From Gemmatimonadota bacterium (GTDB lineage Bacteria; Gemmatimonadota; Gemmatimonadetes; Palauibacterales; Palauibacteraceae): 64,000 nucleotides of DNA. The stretch lies in NCBI GenBank assembly GCA_965116475.1, contig OZ220691.1, positions 3,040,001 to 3,104,000 on the forward strand, in the 5' to 3' direction. Below are positions 48,467 through 56,181 of this stretch, one piece after another. The notes below the pieces were generated by a model. It had not been told where the DNA came from. It ran no database searches and saw only the letters and a program-made list of their open reading frames with translations. Numbering within the stretch: the stretch's first letter is position 1; each line of letters starts with the position of its first letter. The translations under genes were made by a program, and so were the position numbers.

Positions 48467-48686
48467 GAAAACGGCGACCGTGACCATCAGGATCGATCCC
48501 CGGCTGGAACGTCGGTTGAGCCGCGCCGCGGAGCGGAGCGGGCGGAGCAGGAGCGCGTTCGTCCGTGACGCCCTGGAACGTCAGCTCGCGTTGGACCGGT
48601 TGGCCGATCTTCGCCGCCAGATCACACCGTTCGCGGAAGCACGGGGATACCTCACGGACGAGGACGTTTTCCGCGAAGTCTCTTGA
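48465..48686 (+). CDS. type II antitoxin, CopG/RHH
   Basis: MKTATVTIRID, SRSAFVRDAL, GYLTDEDVF. Confidence 0.85.
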   Translation: MKTATVTIRIDPRLERRLSRAAERSGRSRSAFVRDALERQLALDRLADLRRQITPFAEARGYLTDEDVFREVS

Positions 48687-49105
48687 GGGTATTCCTCGAC
48701 ACGAACGTTCTGGTCAGTGCTGTGGCCACCCGAGGCCTCTGCTCCGATGTGCTTCAGGTCGTGATCGCGAATCACTCGCTCGTCGCGGGCGAGACCGTGC
48801 TTCATGAGTTGCGCCGAGTGCTCGATGAGAAATTCCGAGTCCCCCCCACCATGATCGATGCGGCGGACGAGTTCCTTCGTGAGGCGGCCGTAGTCGTGGC
48901 TGAAGCCGCCCCGCACTCGATCGAGCTGGTCGATCCCGACGATATCCCGGTGCTCGGAGAGGCGGTTGCCGGTCGGGCCGATGTGCTGGTCACCGGAGAC
49001 AGGGATCTCCTTCGGGTCGAGGGGGAGGCGCCCGTGGCGATTGTGAGCCCCCGAGGCTTCTGGGACGCCCTCAGGTCGGAGAGCTCGCCGGGTCCGGGTG
49101 CATGA
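48683..49105 (+). CDS. PIN-domain toxin (VapC-like)
   Basis: RVFLDTNVLVSA, DPDD, LVTGDRDLL. Confidence 0.92.
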   Translation: MRVFLDTNVLVSAVATRGLCSDVLQVVIANHSLVAGETVLHELRRVLDEKFRVPPTMIDAADEFLREAAVVVAEAAPHSIELVDPDDIPVLGEAVAGRADVLVTGDRDLLRVEGEAPVAIVSPRGFWDALRSESSPGPGA

Positions 49106-50606
49106 CCACCTCGAAATCCTCCTCGAAGCCCACCCGGGTGGGGGAGGGGAGGTAGCGGGAGAGGTCGAGTTGGGCGCCTTCGAGTTCGCGGTCGAAGGCG
49201 GCCAGGTCTCGTTCCGAGGCCTCCGCGGCGGTGTCGGACGTTGCGTAGACGATCGGGCCGAGCCGCTGATCCTGGAGCTTCAGCCGGCGCCGCATGAACT
49301 CCGCCTCGACGAAGCTCTCCCGTATCGCGGCGAAACGATACCTGAACCCGTCATCCTCCGCCTCCACTTCCGCGTCGAACTCGGCCGCCAGGCGCTCCAG
49401 CTCCGCCTGGATCAGCTTCGGCGGCACCTGCTGGTCCTCGAGTGCGCGCGTCACGTGGTGGATCGCGTCGGCGGCCGCGACCCAGCGGACGGTCCCGGCG
49501 CTGCGGGAGTAGACCAGGCCCACGAGCAGGCGCCGCACGTTGCGCCGCATCCGCGCGCGGTTCTCGCCGCCCAGTGCCAGCGAGCGGACGATGGGGATCG
49601 CGAAGAAGAGGCTGCTGAAGGTGAAGGGTATCACGCCGAGTCCGTAGAACATGACCGGATCGAACGTGGAGGGCAGTCCGAGCACGCTCGCCATGGCCAG
49701 GTTGAAGCCGTTCATGGCGCCGATGCCGAAGTTGGCGCCGGCGTTGTTCCCCGTCAGCTTCCTGGGGTACTCCAGCCGCATCCAGGCCGGTTTGGGCTCT
49801 CGCGCGCGGATCCGCCCGTGGGCGCTTTTCATCAGCTCGGGGAAGGCGTACACCACCTCCCCCGCCTCCGACACGCGCGGGTCGCCTCCGTAGGCGCCGG
49901 TGAGGCGTCCCATCTCTTCGACGGCGTCGTCGATCGGCAGGCCGGTGTGCTCGATCAACTCCGAGGACGTCAGGATGCCCTTTCGTGCCTGGATCAGCTG
50001 GACGACCGTGCGATCCTTCTGGAGTTGCGTCGGCCGGGGCTCCTCGGGGCCGAAGATGAAGGCGAAGACCTTCTTGTAGAAGGGCGGCCGGGCGTCCTTC
50101 GGGAGCCGTCTGGCGTGGCGGTCGCCGTAGTAGAGGCCCCTCCGGTCCCACCCGCGCCCCCCGAGCAGCCAGTGGAGGATGAACAGATCGCCCAGGCTGA
50201 AGCCTCTGCGCCCGCCGGAGCCGCGACCGTCGCGGTTGGCGGTCAGCAGCGCGATCAGGAGCACGACGAAGACGACGAAGTAGACGACCAGCATGACCGC
50301 CGTCCAGACCTTGAAGCCGACCTTGAAGGCCGACCAGGCGATCCTGCGGAAGCGCGACAGGAACGGTTCCGCGTCCCGCTCGCTGAGCCCGGGATCGAAG
50401 CGGTAGAGGAGGTCGCCCGAGTCGGAGACTTCGAGGTGGCCGCGATGCGTCTCCAGAAGCGTCCTCAGGGTGACCTCGGCCTCGTGGTCCGGCAATCCGG
50501 TGGCGGAGACGACATCGCCCAGGGTGGCGCGTCCCTCAAGGCCACGGAGGGCGGAGATGACCGCACGCTCGGGGCGGCGGGGGGCAGCTGTGACTGGATC
50601 GAGCAC
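49071..50606 (-). CDS. membrane protein resembling the plant/cyanobacterial At5g03900 family
   Basis: ATLGDVVSATGL, LEVSDSGDLLYRF, VFAFIFG, RVSEAGEVVYAFPEL; three hydrophobic segments. Confidence 0.75.
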   Translation of the reverse strand: MLDPVTAAPRRPERAVISALRGLEGRATLGDVVSATGLPDHEAEVTLRTLLETHRGHLEVSDSGDLLYRFDPGLSERDAEPFLSRFRRIAWSAFKVGFKVWTAVMLVVYFVVFVVLLIALLTANRDGRGSGGRRGFSLGDLFILHWLLGGRGWDRRGLYYGDRHARRLPKDARPPFYKKVFAFIFGPEEPRPTQLQKDRTVVQLIQARKGILTSSELIEHTGLPIDDAVEEMGRLTGAYGGDPRVSEAGEVVYAFPELMKSAHGRIRAREPKPAWMRLEYPRKLTGNNAGANFGIGAMNGFNLAMASVLGLPSTFDPVMFYGLGVIPFTFSSLFFAIPIVRSLALGGENRARMRRNVRRLLVGLVYSRSAGTVRWVAAADAIHHVTRALEDQQVPPKLIQAELERLAAEFDAEVEAEDDGFRYRFAAIRESFVEAEFMRRRLKLQDQRLGPIVYATSDTAAEASERDLAAFDRELEGAQLDLSRYLPSPTRVGFEEDFEVVMHPDPASSPT

Positions 50607-50703
50607 GCGTGATGGCCCTTTCTCCGGAGACTTCCGTCTACGATAGCCTATAGGCGGGAGTCCCGCGGGTATTGCACACGTTTCCGTCGCCGTGTCCCCG
50701 GTC

Positions 50704-50733
50704 TTGAGCAGTGGCCTGCTGTGGATCTAGGAT
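50704..50733 (+). promoter_or_regulatory. putative promoter of GGT paralogue 1
   Basis: TTGAGC, 18-nt spacer, TAGGAT; conserved in the duplicate at 52604-52633. Confidence 0.6.
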
Positions 50734-50777
50734 TCACGAAGACAGAGTCTGCGATCCCCCTGCCCAGGAGGCGTCCC

Positions 50778-52517
50778 ATGAAGCGCCGAGACTTCCTCGC
50801 CACTTCCGCCGCGGCCGCCGCCGGATCGGGCCTCGTCGCCTGCCGTCCCCCCGAGACGTCCGCCGCCCCGCCCCTCACCTCCGGGCAGTGGGGTTCCGGC
50901 GACTACTCGCATGTGCCCGGCCTGGCGGGCCCCGCGCACGGCACCGTGTGGGGTCGCACGGGCGTGACGGCCTGCTCCGACTACTACGCGTCGCTCGCCG
51001 GCACACAGACCATGATGCAGGGAGGGAACGCGATCGACGCGATGGTCGCCGCGTGCGCCACGCTGAACGTGTCGGATCCCTACATGTCCGGGATCGGGGG
51101 ATTCGGCGGCTACATGCTCATCTACCTGGCCGAGGAGAACCGCGTCGTCGGGCTCGATGCGCTCGGCCGCTCCCCCGCGGCCTCGTCCCCGGAGACGATG
51201 ACCCTGGCCGACTTCGCGATGGGCTACAAGGCGCCGATCGTGCCCGGCGCCTTCAAGGGGTGGGCCGCCGCGCTGGAGCGCTACGGCACGATGAGCCTCG
51301 GCGACCTGTTCGAGCCCGCGATCCGGCTCGCCGAGGACGGCTTCGTGTTCTCGAAGTTCGACGAGCGCTACACGCAGTCGAGCGCGGACAAACTGAGCCG
51401 CTATCCTTCGACGACCCGCGTGTTCTTCCCCAACGGCCGCCCGCCGCGGATGGGCGAGATCATCCGGCAGCCGGAGCTCGCGGCGAGCATGCGACACCTG
51501 GCCCGTGCCGGGGCGGACGACCTCTACAGGGGTGAACTCGCCGATCGCATCGTCGCCTTCCTGGCCGCGAACGGCGGCCACCTCACGAAGGCGGATCTGG
51601 AATCGTACGAGGTCGAGTGGAGGGAGCCGATCAAGACGACCTTCCAGGGATACGATCTGCACGCCATGCCCCCTGGCTCCTGTGGGATGTCGATGTTCCA
51701 GGCGCTGAACATCATGGACGGATTCGACCTCGCGAACATGGACCTGTACGGGTCGGAGTTCGTGCACTTGTGGCTCGAGGCGATGAAGCTGGCCCTCGCC
51801 GACGACGACCGGTACAACACCGGGAAGGAAGACGTGGACATCCCGGTTGAGATGATCATCTCCCGTGAATACGCGGACGAGCAGCGCGCGAAGATCGATC
51901 CCGTGCGCGTCGCCTCCTTCTCCGGGGCCCCGCTGCCGTTCTACGGGACGACGAGTCTCTCCACCGTCGACCGCTGGGGGAATGCGGTCGCCTTCACGCA
52001 GTCCCTCGTGAACGCGTACGGAAGCGGGGTGATCGCGGGGGACACCGGCATCTTCCTCAACAACGGCCACATGTTCGGTTTCGTGCTCGATGAGGGACAC
52101 GTGAACCACCTCGAGGGCGGAAAGCGGGCCAAGGGGGTGATGACGCCGTGCATCATGATGAGGGACGGGGATCTGTTCGCGGCGGTCGGCGCCCAGGGCG
52201 GCTACACGATCCCGCAGACGGTCGGCCAGGTGATCACGAAACTCGCCGTGGCGGGCATGGACATGCAGTTGGCGATCGCCTCCCCCCGCATGTGTGTGAA
52301 CCGTGGCGGGGGGCGGACGCCGATCCCGGAGGATTCCGTGACTTATCTGGAGGCGGGGTTCCCCCCGGAGGTTTATCGGCAACTGGCGGACCGTGGCCAC
52401 TATCTGGCCGAACCGGGGAATCTGGGCGGTGTGCAGGCCGTGCATCGGGATGCGGAGACCGGTGCTCTGTCCGGCGGATCGGACCCGCGCCGGGACGGCC
52501 ACGCGATCGCCTGGTGA
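50778..52517 (+). CDS. gamma-glutamyltransferase-fold Ntn-hydrolase, Tat lipoprotein, paralogue 1
   Basis: MKRRDFL...LVAC; GGNAIDA; nucleophile GTTSLSTVDRWGNAV; SDPRRDG; RBS AGGAGG. Confidence 0.92.
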   Translation: MKRRDFLATSAAAAAGSGLVACRPPETSAAPPLTSGQWGSGDYSHVPGLAGPAHGTVWGRTGVTACSDYYASLAGTQTMMQGGNAIDAMVAACATLNVSDPYMSGIGGFGGYMLIYLAEENRVVGLDALGRSPAASSPETMTLADFAMGYKAPIVPGAFKGWAAALERYGTMSLGDLFEPAIRLAEDGFVFSKFDERYTQSSADKLSRYPSTTRVFFPNGRPPRMGEIIRQPELAASMRHLARAGADDLYRGELADRIVAFLAANGGHLTKADLESYEVEWREPIKTTFQGYDLHAMPPGSCGMSMFQALNIMDGFDLANMDLYGSEFVHLWLEAMKLALADDDRYNTGKEDVDIPVEMIISREYADEQRAKIDPVRVASFSGAPLPFYGTTSLSTVDRWGNAVAFTQSLVNAYGSGVIAGDTGIFLNNGHMFGFVLDEGHVNHLEGGKRAKGVMTPCIMMRDGDLFAAVGAQGGYTIPQTVGQVITKLAVAGMDMQLAIASPRMCVNRGGGRTPIPEDSVTYLEAGFPPEVYRQLADRGHYLAEPGNLGGVQAVHRDAETGALSGGSDPRRDGHAIAW

Positions 52518-52603
52518 GCGCTGCGCGCCCGCCAGGCACGATGGCGCGCCGCCGCCACGCCCAGTGGTCGCCCGCCCGCGAGGGCGCCACGGGCTGAGGG
52601 GTC

Positions 52604-52633
52604 TTGAGCGGTGGCCTGCGGGGGGTCTAGGAT
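52604..52633 (+). promoter_or_regulatory. putative promoter of GGT paralogue 2 (duplicated leader)
   Basis: TTGAGC, 18-nt spacer, TAGGAT; followed by GTCTGCGATCCCCCTGCCCAGGAGGCGTCCCATG identical to copy 1. Confidence 0.6.
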
Positions 52634-52668
52634 CAAGGTCTGCGATCCCCCTGCCCAGGAGGCGTCCC

Positions 52669-54411
52669 ATGAAGCGCCGAGACTTCCTCGCCACCTCCGC
52701 CGCTGCCGCCGCCGGATCCAGTCTCATCGGATGCCGGCCTCCCGAAACCGCAGGCGCCGCCACCGCCGCGAGCGGACAATGGGGCCCGGCCGGAGACTCG
52801 AACGTCCCGGGCCTGCTCGGACCCGCGCACCGGGCCGTGTGGGGAGCACGGGGCGTGACGGCCGCCGCCGACTACTACGCCTCCCTCGCCGGCACCACGA
52901 TCATGATGCAGGGCGGGAACGCGGTGGACGCGATCGTGGCCGCCTCCGCCATGCTCAACGTCTCCGAACCCTACATGTCCGGCATTGGAGGTTTCGGCGG
53001 CTTCATGCTCATCTACCTGGCCGAGGAGAACCGCGTCGTCGGCCTCGACGCGCTCGGCAAGTCGCCGGCCGCCTCCTCCCCGGAGACGATGACGCTCGAC
53101 GACTTCGCGGCGGGATACAAGGCGCCCATCGTGCCCGGCGCCTTCAAGGGATGGGCCGCCGTTCTGGAGCGGTACGGGACCATGAGCCTCGGCGACGTAT
53201 TCGAGCCCGCCATCCGGCTCGCCGAGGACGGCTTCGTCGTGTCGCGCTTCGACGAGATCCACACGGGCGGCGCCGCCGCGGAGAAGCTGGGGCAGTTCCC
53301 CTCGACGACCCGTGTCATGTTTCCGAACGGCCGTCCGCCGCGCATGGGCGAGATCATCAGGCAGCCGGATCTCGCCGCCAGCATGCGTCGCCTCGCCCGG
53401 GAAGGGGCCGACGACTTCTACAAGGGAGAGATCGGGGAGCGCGTCGTTTCCTTCCTCGCCGAGAACGGTGGCCACATGACGATGGGCGACCTGGAGTCTT
53501 ACGACGTCACGTGGAAGGAACCGATCACGACGACCTTCCAGGGGCACGACCTGTACGCGATGCCGCCGGGCTCGTGCGGCATGTCGATGTTCCAGGCGCT
53601 CAACATCATGGACGGCTTCGATCTCGCGAACATGGACCTGTACAGTTCCGAGTTCGCGCACCTGTGGCTGGAGGCGTACCGGCTCGCCCTCATCGACGAC
53701 GACCGCTACAACACGGGAAAGGAAGACGTCGAGATCCCCGTCGACATGATCATCTCGAAGGAATACGCCGACGAGCAGCGGGCGAAGATCGACCCCGCGC
53801 GCATCGCCTCCTTCTCCGGGGCGCCGCTCCCCTTCTTCGGCACCACGAGCCTCTCGTCCGCCGACCGCTGGGGGAACGCGGTCGCCTTCACCCAGTCTCT
53901 CGTGAGCGGCTACGGCAGCGGCGTGATCGCGGGCGACACGGGGATCTTCCTCAACAACGGCCACACCTTCGGCTTCGTGCTCGAGGAAGGGCACGTGAAC
54001 CATCTCGAGGGCGGCCAGAAGGCGAAGGGCGTGATGACACCGTGCGTCGTCATGAAGGACGGCAACCTCGTCGCCGCCGTGGGCGCCGCGGGCGGTTACA
54101 CCATCCCGCAGACCGTCGGACAGGTGATCACGAAGCTCACCGTCGGCGGCATGGACATGCAGCTCGCGATCGCCTCGCCGCGCATGTGCCTCAACCGGGG
54201 TGGCGGGCGTACGCCGATCCCCGAGGATTCGGTCACGTATCTCGAGGCGGGTTTTCCGCCCGAGGTATACGACGAACTCGAGGACCGCGGCCACAACCTG
54301 GCCGAGCCCGGGAACCCCGGCGGCGTGCAGGGCGTCTATCGCGATGCCGAGACCGGCGCTCTGGCCGGCGGTTCCGACCCGCGCAGGGACGGTCACGCCA
54401 TCGCCTGGTAG
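52669..54411 (+). CDS. GGT-fold Ntn-hydrolase, Tat lipoprotein, paralogue 2
   Basis: MKRRDFL...LIGC; GTTSLSSADRWGNAV; SDPRRDG. Confidence 0.92.
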   Translation: MKRRDFLATSAAAAAGSSLIGCRPPETAGAATAASGQWGPAGDSNVPGLLGPAHRAVWGARGVTAAADYYASLAGTTIMMQGGNAVDAIVAASAMLNVSEPYMSGIGGFGGFMLIYLAEENRVVGLDALGKSPAASSPETMTLDDFAAGYKAPIVPGAFKGWAAVLERYGTMSLGDVFEPAIRLAEDGFVVSRFDEIHTGGAAAEKLGQFPSTTRVMFPNGRPPRMGEIIRQPDLAASMRRLAREGADDFYKGEIGERVVSFLAENGGHMTMGDLESYDVTWKEPITTTFQGHDLYAMPPGSCGMSMFQALNIMDGFDLANMDLYSSEFAHLWLEAYRLALIDDDRYNTGKEDVEIPVDMIISKEYADEQRAKIDPARIASFSGAPLPFFGTTSLSSADRWGNAVAFTQSLVSGYGSGVIAGDTGIFLNNGHTFGFVLEEGHVNHLEGGQKAKGVMTPCVVMKDGNLVAAVGAAGGYTIPQTVGQVITKLTVGGMDMQLAIASPRMCLNRGGGRTPIPEDSVTYLEAGFPPEVYDELEDRGHNLAEPGNPGGVQGVYRDAETGALAGGSDPRRDGHAIAW

Positions 54412-54441
54412 GACCAAACCTTTTTGCCCAGGAGTCGAGCC

Positions 54442-56181
54442 ATGAAGCGCCGAGACTTCCTCGCCACCTCCGCCGCGGCCGCCGCCGGATCCGGCCTGAT
54501 CGCCTGCCGCGCCCCCGAGACGGCCGCCGCGCCCCCGGACGGGATCGGACAATGGGGCCCGGCCGGCGACTCGAACGTCCCCGGCCTGCTCGGCCCCGCG
54601 CACGGGACCGTGTGGGGCCGCCGCGGCGTGACGGCCGCCGCCGACTACTACGCCTCGCTCGCCGGCACGACAATCATGATGCAGGGCGGAAACGCGATCG
54701 ACGCGATCGTCGCCGCTTCCGCCACGCTCAACGTCTCCGAGCCCTACATGTCCGGGCTCGGCGGCTTCGGCGGCTTCATGCTCATCTACCTGGCGGAGGA
54801 GAACCGGGTCGTCGGACTCGACGCGCTCGGCCGGGCGCCCGCGGCCTCCTCGGCGAGCACGATCACGCCGGATGATGTCGAGATGGGCTACCGGGCCCCG
54901 ATCGTACCCGGCGCCTTCAAGGGCTGGGCCGCCGTGCTCGAGCGCTATGGAACGATGAGCCTCGGCGACGTGTTCGAACCCGCGATCCAGCTCGCAGAGG
55001 ACGGCTTCGTCATCTCGAAGTTCGATGCGCTCCACACCGCCGGGAGCGAGGACAAGCTCGGGAGGTTCCCGTCCAGCACCCGCATCATGTTCCCGAACGG
55101 CCGCCCGCCGCGGATGGGCGAGATCATCAGGCAGCCCGAACTGGCGGCGAGCATGCGCCGGCTCGCGCGCGAAGGCGCGGACGACTTCTACATGGGCGAG
55201 ATCGGAGACCGCATCGTCGCCTTCCTCGCCGAGAACGGCGGCCACATGACGAAGGCCGACCTCGAGGGCTACGAGGTCGCGTGGCGGGAGCCGATCACGA
55301 CGACCTTCCAGGGACACGACCTGTACGCCATGCCGCCGGGGTCGTGCGGGATGACGATGTTCCAGGCGCTCAACATCATGGACGGCTTCGACCTCGCGAA
55401 CATGGACCTCTACAGCTCCGAGTTCGCCCACCTGTGGCTCGAGGCGAACCGGCTCGCCCTCATCGATGACGAACGGTACAACACCGGGAACGAAGACGCG
55501 GACATCCCGATCGACATGCTCATCTCGAAGGAATACGCGGACGAACAGCGCGCGACGATCGACCCCGCCCGCATCGCCTCCTTCGCGGGCGCCCCGCTTC
55601 CGTTCTTCGGGACGACGAGCCTCTCTTCCGCCGACCGCTGGGGGAACGCCGTCGCCTTCACGCAGTCTCTGGTCGCCCTCTACGGGAGCGGCGTGATTGC
55701 CGGCGACACGGGGATCTTCCTCAACAACGGCCACATGTTCGGCTTTTCCCTCGAGGAAGGACACGTCAACTACATCGCGGGAGGCCAGAAGGCGAAGGGC
55801 GTGATGACGCCGTGCGTCGTCATGAAGGACGGCAACCTCGTCGCGGCGGTCGGCGCCGCCGGCGGCTACACGATTCCGCAGACGGTGGGTCAGGTGATCA
55901 CGAAGCTGACGGCCGGCGGGATGGACATGCAGCTCGCGATCGCGTCGCCGCGCATGTGCCTCAACCGGGGCGGCGGTCTGACGCCGATTCCGGAGGATTC
56001 CGTCACCTACCTGGAGGCCGGCTTCCCGCCCGACGTGTACGGGGAACTGGCGGATCGCGGTCATAACCTCGTCGAGCCGGGAAACCTCGGCGGCGTACAG
56101 GGCGTGTACCGGGATGCGGAGACGGGCGCCCTCGCCGGCGGGTCGGATCCGCGCCGCGACGGGCACGCGATCGCCTGGTGA
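54442..56181 (+). CDS. GGT-fold Ntn-hydrolase, Tat lipoprotein, paralogue 3
   Basis: MKRRDFL...LIAC; GTTSLSSADRWGNAV; SDPRRDG. Confidence 0.92.
   Translation: MKRRDFLATSAAAAAGSGLIACRAPETAAAPPDGIGQWGPAGDSNVPGLLGPAHGTVWGRRGVTAAADYYASLAGTTIMMQGGNAIDAIVAASATLNVSEPYMSGLGGFGGFMLIYLAEENRVVGLDALGRAPAASSASTITPDDVEMGYRAPIVPGAFKGWAAVLERYGTMSLGDVFEPAIQLAEDGFVISKFDALHTAGSEDKLGRFPSSTRIMFPNGRPPRMGEIIRQPELAASMRRLAREGADDFYMGEIGDRIVAFLAENGGHMTKADLEGYEVAWREPITTTFQGHDLYAMPPGSCGMTMFQALNIMDGFDLANMDLYSSEFAHLWLEANRLALIDDERYNTGNEDADIPIDMLISKEYADEQRATIDPARIASFAGAPLPFFGTTSLSSADRWGNAVAFTQSLVALYGSGVIAGDTGIFLNNGHMFGFSLEEGHVNYIAGGQKAKGVMTPCVVMKDGNLVAAVGAAGGYTIPQTVGQVITKLTAGGMDMQLAIASPRMCLNRGGGLTPIPEDSVTYLEAGFPPDVYGELADRGHNLVEPGNLGGVQGVYRDAETGALAGGSDPRRDGHAIAW

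Noticed and set aside
36565..52596. CGCCACGGGCTG shared by two intergenic regions (near 36565 and 52585)
   Set aside because: A 12-mer in very GC-rich DNA with no further similarity; not enough to call a REP-like element.
50778..56181. GGT triplet as an assembly artefact
   Set aside because: The copies differ throughout at both synonymous and amino-acid level and have distinct spacers.
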